Shown one piece after another: positions 12,550 to 24,119 of a DNA stretch of 64,000 nucleotides. Within the stretch, counting starts at the first letter, position 1. The number at the start of each line of letters is the position of its first letter. The DNA is from Octopus vulgaris (Eukaryota). The DNA lies in contig OX597816.1 in NCBI GenBank assembly GCA_951406725.2, positions 61,380,001-61,444,000 on the forward strand, written 5' to 3'. The translations under genes and the position numbers were made by a program. The notes below the pieces were generated by a model. The model worked only from the letters and a program-made list of their open reading frames with translations, searched no databases and was not told where the DNA came from.

Positions 12550-12800
12550 TTCATCATCATTTAACATCCGTTTTCCATGCTGGAATAGGTTTGATTGGAA
12601 CAGGCCATCCAAAGAGCTTCCCAGGCTCCAATTATCTGTTTTGGCATGGTTTCTATGGCTAATTGCCCTTCCTATTGCCAACCACTTTGCAAAGTGTACA
12701 GGTTGCTTTCCATGTGGCACTGACATGGGTACTTTTTTTATGTGACACCAACATGTATGCTTTCATGTGGTGCTGGCTCGGATGCTTTTTACATGCGGGA
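12550..12800 (-). mobile_element. Diverged RTE 3' tail (family C)
   Basis: catcatcatttaacatccgttttccatgc...gcccttcctattgccaaccac. Confidence 0.7.
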
Positions 12801-12864
12801 TGAAATATATATAACAGAATTCGAATAAGTTTGTAACATTCCTCATCAGGTTAGTTTTTGTCAT

Positions 12865-13045
12865 CTGTCATTACGTTCTGAGTTCAAATTCCGCGAAGCT
12901 CGACTTTGCCTTTCATCCTTTTGGGGTCGATTAAATAAGTATTTAATTACACACTGGAGTTGATGTAATCAACTTAAACCCCTTGTCTGTCCTTGTTTGT
13001 CCCCTCTATGTTTAGCCCCTTATGGGCGATAGAGAAAGAAATAGA
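12865..13045 (+). mobile_element. SINE family B, head-truncated, Tx1-type tail
   Basis: ttacgttctgagttcaaattccgc...gactttgcctttcatcc...ttgtctgtccttgtttgtcccctctatgtttagccccttatgggc. Confidence 0.85.
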
Positions 13046-13329
13046 AAGGGCAATTAGCCATAGAAACCATGTCAAAACAGACAATTGGAGCCTGGGAAGC
13101 TCTCTGGCTGGCCAGTTCCAGTTAAACCTATGCAGTTTAATTTTTAAAGACCTATCTACATAATTATTAAAATATGATTGAAAAGACAAATTTCTTTTTT
13201 TAAAATATTGCTTGGTTTGATTTTCTCTTGTAATTTTCCTCAAGCATGTCTCTCTCTTAAGTGTCTAGCAGAAGCCATACTGAGATACCAATTATTTTGG
13301 TAATGCAGCAATATCTACAACAATATCCA

Positions 13330-13680
13330 CCCATCATCCATCTTCTCTAACCACTTTTCCTGGGGGGTTCATTGAGGTAGAGTCCTCAGGCATATATATC
13401 CTCCATGGGGTCCTGTCAGAAGCAACCGTTGTTAGACTTTCCAACTGGACTCCCATGTGTGATCAACTACGAGACTATGGATCCTATCCAACCCTCCTGT
13501 TCTTGGTCTACTCCCAGATCTCCTGCTCGTTGGTGTAGCTTGAAGAATCTGTCTTTCAATTCCATCATGTGAAATTATAATAACATATCAATAGTTCTGG
13601 AGTTGTGACCTCTGCATATTTCTCTGGGACACCAACACTAGTGAAGTTACCTCTAAATTGTCTCTGTTTGTTAAAGACGA
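13330..13680 (-). mobile_element. Old RTE-like LINE 3' fragment
   Basis: Minus strand RRSGSRPRTGGLD resembles the RTE C-terminal GRPR..W motif; gatgatgg-like tail. Confidence 0.4.
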
Positions 13681-15007
13681 TGTAACTATGAAAGCAAATA
13701 GTAAAGTGCTGACAGAACATTGTTATAATGAGAAGGTGAAGGGAACAAAATATGATGGTTGAAACAGTGATTGAAGTGGTGGGAGAGGAGAGTGATAGCC
13801 GGGTGTATTGGGTACAGGCTGATAGTAGGGAAGGTTGAATACAAGTAGATCCATTCCTATCTTTGTTATATGGGTAGCACGACCCAGTGAATAGAAGTGA
13901 GGGTCAAACAGGTCTGATGATATTCCTATACAGGCAGCACAGTACAGTCTGTAGGAGTGATTCAGTGGTATCTTTAGTTGTTTAAGCAACAAAGAACAGT
14001 GAAATGAAAGAGGGGAGGAGGGGGAAGCACCTTAATTGGTTCTAGATAAACAAGAAGGGGTATAGCTGATTGAAATTAAAGGTATAAATTAAATATGGGA
14101 CATAACTGATTGGTACCAGAATCACAAATAGGAAAAGCATAGCTGTTTTGTACCAATATCATAAATAAGAAAGGGCATAGTTAAATCAACTACAGTTGAC
14201 CAGTTAACTGGTGCTTATTGTTACAGATGTCTACAACTGTTAATGGGAAGGGAGATAACTGTTGCTTTATCATGATAGCTTTTATAATTTCGGTTGTTAA
14301 AAAAAAAAAGCGCTGTTCTTCTTCATCAACAGTACTATCTCATTATTTTGGTTTTCATACACAGTCTATACATGATCACATTACCCAATGCCCTTTTTTA
14401 AAGATGATAGGGGGTGATTTGGTTGCTATTTCTTGCAGATCGAGCAACCATGTAGATGCTCCCTCAGCTTGTCATAAACCTTATGGAAGTTGGTAAGTAA
14501 TGTGATAAAGGAATAAAATGATAATAGACAAAGTCTATACTTCTACAAGGAAGGAATGATTCTACCAAACTTCAACAGGGTAACACTCTGAGTCAACAGG
14601 TAACATCTCAGTCTGCTAGAAACAGTATTTAAACCACCCTCAAATCTCTCCTAGCTGCCTTAATGCAGTCCTAGATGCACTGTGAGCAACAACAAATATA
14701 GTATATTTCATGTTTATTTTCTCTGAAATGTTCATTTGAATTAAACTTTAGTTGTTTTTGTCCATAGTTTATCTTGGACTACAAGTTCCCTTTGATCCAG
14801 CAACATGTGACCAAAAACATTCTTACCGTGACCACCCCTATCTATTTGTATATTGAGGATTACCTTGTCCATTGCATCACTATTTTTTGTTGTTTAGCCT
14901 TGGAAAAGCCCTATCAATCATGCTTTCTTTCTGTGTGCAAGGAATACAGAACTGTTTTATCCAATTGTCTTTTATTTCTATTTTAAAATATTTTAGCTCC
15001 TCATTCT

Positions 15008-15210
15008 ATAACCCTCCAGCACTTAGATTTATTCCGTCAAATGTAACTCATGTTTATTCATATTGTTTTGAATCATGCATTATCTTGTAACTTGAATATT
15101 TCTGTGACGATTGTTTATCTTTAGAATGACATTGTAAGGTAGGTGTGAGAGGCCAGATCTGATCAGTGGAATATTTGGGGCTGATGGGGGTCAGTTTAAA
15201 TGTTAAAGTC
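15008..15210. mobile_element. Degenerate piggyBac-like MITE
   Basis: taaccctccagcact ... aaatgttaaag approximates TTAACCCTTTAGCATT termini; the right end is eroded. Confidence 0.45.
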
Positions 15211-15587
15211 TGATACAAGGCACAGTTTGCTGTGTTTATAGTAGACTAAGCAATCATGGAATTTCCCTTGTTAAACTTTACAAATTTTGAGAAGTAATTA
15301 ATTAGCTGTGAAATTTGATCTTAAAGAGCATCGAATATGTCGAGATGTTAAAAGCAGCAGCTGATGCATCCCAGAGCCCTGGTTCCCAACCCATGGGATC
15401 TCCCTGAAGAGGGTGGGTGGGAGTGTAGGTGGTTCAAAGATCAAGGGGGATAATTGCGACCACACATTAACCTATCTGAATGTGCACCACTGACTCCTTT
15501 AATCATGTGGGCCAAAGTAGTTGGTTTACAGTCAGGGTTGAAACATTGTCAAGAAAAAAAAATATATGTGTGTGTGTGTATATATAC

Positions 15588-15950
15588 AGGCATAGCTATG
15601 GCTATGCGGTAAGAAGCTTGCTTCCAAACCACATGGTTTGGGGTTCAGTCCCACTGTGTGACACCTTGGACAAGTGCCTTCTACTATAGCCTTGGGTCGA
15701 CCATAGCCTTGTGAGTTGATTTGGTTGACGAAAACTGAAAGAAGCCCATCATATATATGTGTTTGTCGCCTACCACAGTTTGACATCTAGTGTTAGTATG
15801 TTTACATCTCCGTAACTTAGCAGTTCAGCCGAAGCACCCGATAGAATAAGTACCAGGCTTAACAAGATGAGTACCGGGCTCAATTCATTCGACTAAAATT
15901 TTTCAAGGCAGTTCACCAGTATGGTTGCAGTATAATGACTGAAACGAGTA
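15588..15950 (+). mobile_element. SINE family A (diverged)
   Basis: ggctatgcggtaagaagcttgc...ccttggacaag...gactgaaacgagtaa. Confidence 0.85.
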
Positions 15951-16060
15951 ATATATAGATTCTTGATCACAACAACGAACGGGAACGTGAAACCGTGAGT
16001 AGCAGTTTTTTGTGATGTTTTTGCAGCTTTAATAATAAAGTGTATATTATATATATATGC

Positions 16061-16392
16061 TGAGACCCCCTTCGGTCATGACTGATCATGGGAATGCACC
16101 TTGAAAGTTACCCTCTCTAGCACAAGTCCAGGCAAGGTTGTTTATGGAAGACCAGCAGTCTCCCATGCATACTGGCCTCCCTTCTCCACGCCAACAGTGT
16201 TATCCAAGGGAAAGGCAAAGGGACCGATACAGCTTGGCACCAGTGACATCGCAAATCATTTCTACAGCTGAGTGGACTGCAGCAACGTGAAATAAAGTGT
16301 CTTGCTCAAGAACACAACACGCAGCCTGGTCCAGGAATCGAACTCACAACCTCATGATCGTAAGCTTGACTCTAACCACTGAGCCATGTGTC
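16061..16392 (-). mobile_element. SINE family D
   Basis: Reverse complement of the 2773-3093 family, including the A and B boxes. Confidence 0.85.
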
Positions 16393-16400
16393 TTATTTAT

Positions 16401-16506
<106 letters not shown>

Positions 16507-16609
16507 TTCCCAAAGGACAAACTAAAACAGGGACAGCAATGAGTGCAACAACAACATAAGCAATAATATCTGGAAATTGAATACCTATCTATCTACGCAC
16601 ACACATTTC

Positions 16610-16925
16610 TTTTGTTCCATTCATTTGACTGCGGCCATGCTGGAGCACACCGACTTGAAGGGTTTTAGTCAAACAAATCGACCTCAGGACTTATATTTTT
16701 AAAGCCCAGTACTTATTCTATCGGCCCTTTTTGCTGAACTGTTAAGTTACGGGGACGTAAACACACCAACACCAGTTGTGAAGCAGTGATGGTGGGAAAT
16801 ACACACACACACACGACAAGCTTTTTTCAGTTACCGTCTATCAAATCCACTTCCAAGGCTATAGTAGAGGACACTTGTCCAAGGTGCTACGCTGTAGGAC
16901 CGAACCCGGAACCATATGATTGCGA
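16610..16925 (-). mobile_element. SINE family A (head-truncated)
   Basis: tcatttgactgcggccatgctggagcac...ccgaacccggaacc. Confidence 0.8.
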
Positions 16926-18062
16926 CCATATGTGTGCATTCATATATAATTCGCAAAGGCCAGAAAGGTATGCGGCTAATGTTTCGCTGGAAGCGTAATG
17001 CGCGTGCTTGTGTACTAAATAAAAAGTTAAGTAGAAGCATCAGAAAAAAAAAAAAATCTATCTAAAGGGACACAATTCATCCTCAACATAACTTGAGTTA
17101 CTGTCCTTGGCATAAAGTAATTTTTTTTTTCAACAACTTTTCTGTTTATTTGAATATCAGTTGTTCGAATAGTGGTCCTGAATTCTATTGGGATTACCGT
17201 TTCTTTCACTTCCATGTCACACATTTAGCGACTAATAATGCACACATACAGCGAACTAAGAAACGCTATTAACAAGTCTTTGTATTTCAGAAAGACAAAC
17301 GTAACAGCAACCTGAAAAGGTAAATTTACATCATGCCTGTAACCAAATTGTATTCACAGTTTTAAGCGGTTGGGTATGTTTCATGCAGGGACATCAGCTT
17401 CTCTGCCTGAAGCGGGAAGGCACCAAGAAGCTTTAGATATCTGCATTTAGAAGTTTTCAGTTCAAAAAGACACTGGGCGATTGCATTGGTGCTTCGCTCT
17501 ACTAAATATGACGCCGGTCAGTTAAAATACATCTTCACTTCATTCTGCAGTGTAGGACAGTAATCAGAAACGTTGATTATTGTTCGGTAAATAAATATGT
17601 GATTAAAAAAAAAATATCTTTGATGTTAGATCAATGTCATTTTGAAGTGAAGTCAATTCTTGTCACCTCATCGTCTGGTCTGCTTTACTTTCATCTAAAA
17701 TTTAGAGAGGCTTGGAAACTGGATGATCTCACGACGGTCTATGTCATGCCTGATTAAATGAAATGTTGGCAGAGGGCTGATTTGATTTTGATAGAAGGAA
17801 CATCATTTTCTGATAGTCACAAACTGACGTCGCCAAACTCTGTTGAATACAACCAATAAAAGGCAGCATCATGCTTGATCCCTCTTGGAGCATTGGTGTC
17901 TTGAAAGAAAACAACATATGTTTTTAAAAAGCCAATAGAAACGTCTCAGACATTTCCCTTTTAACTGTCATCTAGTTCAAAATTCAAAATCGTCATTGTA
18001 TGCTAAGTGTCTGGACATCACCGTTGAAATAGAGGCGATTTGTGAATCAAAATGAAGTATAT

Positions 18063-18254
18063 AGGCGCAGGAGTGGCTGTGTGGTAAGTAGCTTGCTAAC
18101 CAACCACATGGTTCCGGGTTCAGTCCCACTGCGTGGCATCTTGGGCAAGTGTCTTCCGCTATAGCCCCGGGCCGACCAATGCCTTGTGAGTGGATTTGGT
18201 AGACGGAAACTGAAAGAAGCCTGTCGTATATATGTATATATATGTATATATATG

Positions 18255-18285
<31 letters not shown>

Positions 18286-18306
18286 GTATATATATATATA
18301 TATGTA

Positions 18307-18403
<97 letters not shown>

Positions 18404-18527
18404 TTGTCCCCCTAGCATTGCTTGACAACCGATGCTGGTGTGTTTACGCCCCCGTCACTTAGCGGTTCGGCAAAAGAGATCGATGGAATAAGTACTGGGC
18501 TTACAAAGAATAAGTCCCGGGGTCGAT
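18063..18527 (+). mobile_element. SINE family A with expanded internal (TA)n; 3' end cut at the Tx1 element
   Basis: ggcgcaggagtggctgtgtggtaag...cccggggtcgat, then abrupt loss of homology. Confidence 0.9.
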
Positions 18528-19376
18528 ATTGAAATTATTAATATTGAACTTATTAAAGCCGTTGTAGGCTTTATTGTCGTGTCCCCCCACCCCAGCGGGG
18601 GTGGCCTTTCAACTGTTATCCTCATTAAGAGGAAAAAAATATTATAGATTTCCCGTTTTTTGGCATAAGCAATTTATTATTGCTAGAAAAATTAAATTTT
18701 AGCCGTTGTAGGCTCTATTGTGGCATCCGCCACTAGCGTAGGCGAGATTTGAACTGTTGTCCTCGTTGTGAGGAAAAAAAAATATTATAGGTTTCCCGTT
18801 TTTGGGATTCTATATTTTATTATTGTGTGAAAAACAAATTAATTTCGAACGTTGAAGGCTTTGTTGCTACGTCTCGCCCCCCACCCAGCAGGAGTGGGAT
18901 TTGAACTGTTGTCCTCGTTAAGAGAAAAAAAAAAGTTAAAAAATTATAGGTTTCCCTTTTTCTGGTATTGTGTATCATTTATTTCGAACGAATATGTCGG
19001 TCGAAATAATCCAAGAAAAGAACCAGATGCATGAGCCAGAAAAAAAATTCGCGGCAGTAGCCGCTGTGTCTTCAAAAAGTATAATTGAAACGAAGATCTC
19101 CGAGCTTTTTGAGAGAATGAAAGAGGAGGGTTGAAAATCTGAAGAGAAGGACACTCGTTTTCAAAACGTACTGTCCTTCATCGAAGAAATTCAAGCACTT
19201 CGAAAAGTGCGAAATAGAAAAATGCCTGGCCCCTATATGGAAAGATATAAAATACATAGCGAGGGGGCCGGGCATATGGAACAATAGAAACCAGATTCGA
19301 GACGGCCGAAAAAGACCAAGAGCACTCAGTGAGTCCTCTAAAAACGAAGGAGTTGGTGCTGCTCCCAACAGAGAAC
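18528..19376 (+). mobile_element. Tx1-clade L1 5' UTR (three tandem ~145-bp units) plus ORF1 N-terminal relic
   Basis: ATG at 18994; frameshifted KKFAAV..RTLVFKTY..EIEKCLAPIWKDIKYIARG..YGTIETRFETAE..LLPT is homologous to 61785-62300; lies upstream of the Tx1 ORF2 on the same strand. Confidence 0.7.
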
Positions 19377-19382
19377 AGTACG

Positions 19383-19738
19383 CGGATCTTTTCGGTTTGA
19401 ACGGCAGTTTTTAACATAATTTCTAGGTAATTAAAAAATTTTAAACTTCGTATACTAGTAGAATGTTCTTTATAAAACATCTTTTTCTCTTGGCTTTAGT
19501 GAGAAAATTCTATAGTTTGTAAGATATTTGTTGTTTTTTTTTCTTCAATTTCTGCAATTTCAACCAATCAATGACGTCCATTGAGGTAAACAACATTCTG
19601 TGCCGTATGAATATGTTCCTCGTTTAAGAAACAGATTGGGTTTATTTACATTTGTGAAGAAAAAAAGATACCCTTCCCCCACCCCTAACCCTAACCCTAA
19701 GTAACTCTAACCCTAAACAGATTGAAATGCAATAGATC
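19383..19738. mobile_element. Truncated non-autonomous repeat with (CCCTAA)n, probably Helentron/Helitron2-associated
   Basis: Starts cggatcttttcggtttgaacggcag; ccctaaccctaaccctaa at 19683-19716; interrupts the Tx1 element between ORF1 and ORF2. Confidence 0.5.
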
Positions 19739-22376
19739 TCAAAGCCAAACATGAGGGGTGCAGAGTTCGGGCTAAAGTGCGCGCATTGGGCCGTGAGGGA
19801 ATTAATTCTGCCGGATGGGCCCTTACGGTAGAAACCCAGCGTGGCAATGGTACCACAATTAATTCTCTCGTGGATGACAATGGGAGTTCGGTCGATGACG
19901 GAACGAGATGTGTGAGGTAATTCACAAGCACTTTGCCGAGTTTTTTGGGAATGGCGGGGCGCTGGATCATGGCGAGGTCCTTAGGGACTTCCTGTCTGGC
20001 GGCCCGCGTCTCTCGGCTGAGTGCTGTGAAGGGCTAATCACGGCCGAGGAGGTAATCGAGGTACTGGGCGAATGCCCCGGGGAGAAGTCGCCGGGTCTCG
20101 ATGGTCTGCCTTATGAATTTTACAAAACTATGCCAGACTTGTTCGGGCACCTGCTGGCCGGCGTCTACGCTAATTGGCAGCAGAATGGGAGAATTCCCAA
20201 GTCTGCGAGCCGGGTGGGGGTGACGTTGATTAGGAAGGACCCGAGCAAGGGGGATGAGATAGGGAACTTCAGGCCCATAACTCTGTTGAACACAGAGTTA
20301 AAGATTTTGGCCAAGGTGCTAGCAAAAAGGTTGGCGCGGGTCGTGGACAAACTTGTCGGGGAAGCGCAAACGTGCGCTATCCCGGGCAGGACGATCCACG
20401 ACAATCTCCACCTTATACGCTACTCCTTAGAGAGGGTGGGGAAGCTTTCTTGCGCGGGGGGAGGGTCACTGATGTATTTAGACCCGTCTAAGGCATTTGA
20501 TAGGGTCGACCATCGGTACTTGGCGGCGGTCCTCGAGAAGGCTGGCCTGGGTCCGACCTTCCGCGGTTGGATTGCTTCGTTGTACAGCCACATCGAGTCC
20601 ATCGTAAAAGTGAACGGTTTCCTTTCGAAGCCATTCACGATCGAGCGCTCAGTGAGTCAGAGGTGTCCCCTGTCCCCGCTTTTGTATGTACTGGCTCTCG
20701 AGCCATTATTGCGGAAGTTGGAGGCACTAGAGGGCGCATCGCATGATCTATGGTGTTGAAGAGGAGCTACGGCGTATGCGGATGACATCTCCATCATCGT
20801 GGCGGATGAGGGCCAGCTTCCAGTGGTGGAAGAGGCTATCAAAAGTTACGAGGCGGTGGCAGGAGCAAAGGTTAACAAGGACAAGTCAATTGGTTTGCAG
20901 CTCGGCACCTGGAGGGGCAAGCCGATGCCGTCCAATAACGTCGTGGGGCGTTGGACAGAAGGTCCTGTTAAGCTGCTCGGAGTCTGGTTCGCGCCAGACT
21001 TCCAGAGAAAAATTGGAGTGAGGTGGCCAGCAAGGTGACTGCTCTAACCCAGACGTGGTCTGGGTGGGCGTTATCCTTGCTAGGAAAGGCGGAGGTGGTG
21101 CAGATGTTCATAGCATCGGTTATCACCTACCGTCTGACCGTGGTGCCTTGCCCCGATTTGTGGCTGAATAAGTTGGAGAGAATCCTTTTCCACTTTTTGT
21201 GGAAGGGAGGAAGGCCACTCATGAAGCGCTCTGTCTGTTGCCAGAAACCGCTAAAGGGTGAGCTAGGGATGCCTTGGCTGAGGATGCGAAAATTCGCTTC
21301 AAGGTTAAGGCATCTCTGGCTTTACCTGGATGGAGAGCAGGTGTGGTCGCCGCACGTTCGGTTCTATCTTCCGCAATTAACGTCCTTAACGGACATTGGT
21401 AATTAGATCAAGCAGAGACCCAGGCTGGGGACTGGCAATTGGAGTACCGCCAGGCACTTCAGCTACTCTCTCGAGCGGGCAATGCCGGCAACAAGAGTTC
21501 CACCGCGGATTTCTATAGTGGGTTAGTGGAGGTTAAGTCCGAAGACGCCTTGGGGGAGACCCTGGGCTACGATGAAAACCAGTTAATCAACCAGTTCAGG
21601 AGAACTTTCGGGCCGGGGTATCTGGACAATTACCTGAAATCCCTGGCTTGGCAGTGCTTCCGTGCGGCGTTACCTGTTCGTGATAAACTGTCAAGGCACG
21701 GAAGTGCCGTCTCGCCGACATGTCCGAGGTGCGGGCAGGACAGGGAAACCGTCTTGCACGCATTTGTGGATTGTCCGGAAGTAACGGGACTGATAGTTTT
21801 CGCAGAGCAACTATTGTCATCGATGGGAAGAGTACAGTTATAGGTTGAATCTGTCATCGAGATTGTGCCTCCGCATGCCCTTAACAGGGAAAGGAAGGTT
21901 TGCTTTTTCTGCGTAGTAGCTATACTGAAAGAAACAGTATGGAAGACGCATATAAGAGGCATAGTGTCGGGTACCTTTGTATCCGGCCAGGTTGGTTAAC
22001 TTTTTTAGTTACCACCTCAGTAATAAGATCAGGCTGGAGAAAAGGTACCTGTCACGAGACAGATTAATGAGATGATGGAAGCCTGTGGCGAAGAAGCTGG
22101 GAGTGTTTGGCACCAGGTAAGTGGAAGCCAAAAACAGGAAAGAAAAAGCAAGGGGTCTACCCTGGTAGTCGGATGTCTATCCTTCAGAGAAGCCATTACA
22201 AATTTCATTTGTAATGAGCAACGCTTAAGTCAAAAGTTATAAACATATTTATTAAATTATTGTAAATTTTAAATTGTAAATATTTAATCGCTACAGCTAC
22301 TTCACCCTTTTATGTTTGTCTGTTCTTGTTTGTCCTCTCTTTGTAATGCCTTCATGGCAAATATTTATGAAATAAA
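19738..22376 (+). mobile_element. Tx1-clade L1 ORF2 relic (RT plus CCHC zinc knuckle) and 3' UTR
   Basis: KSPGLDGLPYEFY, NFRPITLLNTELKILAKVLAKRL, KAFDRVDH, CPLSPLLY, AYADD (~20772), CPRCG..ETVLHAFVDC (~21721); several stops and frameshifts; endonuclease domain missing; ends gaaataaa. Confidence 0.93.
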
Positions 22377-22535
22377 GTAGCGTGCTTACCAACCACATGG
22401 TTCCAGGTTCAGTCCCACTGCCTGGCACCTTGGGCAAGTGTCTTCTACTATAGCCTTGGGTTGACCAAAGCCTTGTGAGTGGATTTGGTAGACGGAAACT
22501 GAGAAAAGCCCGTTGTATATATATGTATATATGTA

Positions 22536-22602
<67 letters not shown>

Positions 22603-22837
22603 ATGTGTGTGTATATGTATGTGTGTTTGTGTTTGTCCCCCAAGCATTGCTTGACAACCGATGCTGGTGTGTTTACGTCCCCGTAACTTAGCGGTTCGGA
22701 AAAAGAGATCGATAGAGTAAGTACTAGGCTTCCAAGAAATAAGTCCTGGGGTCGATTTGCTCTACTAAAGGCGGTGCTCCAACATGGCCGCAGTCAAATG
22801 ACTGAAGCAAGTAGAAGAGTAAAGAGAGTAAAGAGTA
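22377..22837 (+). mobile_element. SINE family A, missing the first ~15 nt of the head
   Basis: gtagcgtgcttaccaaccacatgg...gtaaagagagtaaagag. Confidence 0.9.
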
Positions 22838-22995
22838 GTGAGCAATAACAAGCTCATTGGAAATTTCTATGAGTAGAGGAAAATGTCACATTAATTCAAT
22901 GACAAATATTTTCTTAATTTTATTATAGTTCTTTTCTTCACAGGGCAGTGGCTTGTCAGTATCATATCAAGATCGGACAGAGTACCTTGTGGCAT

Positions 22996-23403
22996 TTACT
23001 CTTTTACTCTTTTACTTGTTTCAGTCATTTGACTGCGGCCATGCTGGAGCACCGCCTTTAATCGAGCAACTCGACCCCGGGACTTATTCTTTTGTAAGCC
23101 CAGTACTTATTCTATCAGTCTATTTTGCCGAACCGCTAAGTGACGGGGACGTAAACACACCAGCATCGGTTGTCAAGCAATGCTAGGGGGACAAACACAG
23201 ACACACAAACACACACGCATACATATATATACATATATACGACGGGTTTCTTTCAGTTTCCATCTACCAAATCCACTCACAAGGCTTTGGTCGGCCCGAG
23301 GCTATAGTAGAAGACACTTGTCCAAGGTGCCACGCAGTGGGACTGAACCCGGAACCATGTGGTTGATTAGCAAGCTACTTACAACACAGCCACTCCTGCG
23401 CCT
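22996..23403 (-). mobile_element. SINE family A, full length
   Basis: Near-consensus copy with intact CpGs. Confidence 0.9.
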
Positions 23404-24119
23404 TTAGTTACGATCTTTTATTTTCCGAGTTCGAATCACGCCAAAGTCAACCTTATATCCTTGGGGGTCAGTAAAATCGACTGTCTCGCCACCAATTTCT
23501 GGTTTTGTGCCAGAGTTAGAAATCTGTTTTCTTTCAGTCATCCTTTCCTAATGTACCATGAAAACCGTTTCAAATCACGAGCCCAGTTATTATTTATTAT
23601 TTCTTTTTCAACTAAATGATGTCAGTACAATCGGATACACGTGGCTGGTTGCTCGAACCCTTTAGGTATGAAATCTAATTAAGCCTAAGGGTAACAACTA
23701 TAATTCCATATATGAATACGAAATAATTGTTTTTGAATAATTCCTATTATTTAATTGAGAGAATGCAGTGTTCGGAGTCTTTTTAGGACTTCGAGACTGG
23801 TTGTAGAGGAAAAGGAAAGAGGAAGGCGAAAGCTGCCAGCCCTGACAGTGTCCTTTTCATTACATGCAAACATTGCCTCTCAGAACTTGCTCCTGCATTC
23901 ACCAAACTCTTTAGTTACTCACTGCGGGGATGTATCCTGACGGCGACCGTTAATAAAGTCAAAGTAATAAAGTCACTTTGGCTTGGGAAAAAAGTCACTA
24001 TTAATTTATGGGATCCGGACAAAACCCCATCTAGGACAACCCCGCAACCGGACAAAACCTCTGTGACTCTTTTTCCTGTGATTTTGTTTCTACCTGGATT
24101 CATCCTGACATTTGACAGC

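Noticed and set aside
17230-18050. Possible decayed coding relic on the minus strand (GVIF/VER resembles a helicase motif)
   Set aside because: Needs frameshifts and has many stops; too weak to assign without a translated search
18558-18990. CRISPR-like array
   Set aside because: Eukaryotic context; whole units are homologous, with no unique spacers and no cas genes
19072-19368. Minus-strand 98-aa ORF as a gene
   Set aside because: Antisense shadow of the frameshifted + strand Tx1 ORF1, which has a homologue at 61785
19683-19716. True telomere or chromosome fusion scar
   Set aside because: Only about five units in one orientation, embedded in a dispersed repeat
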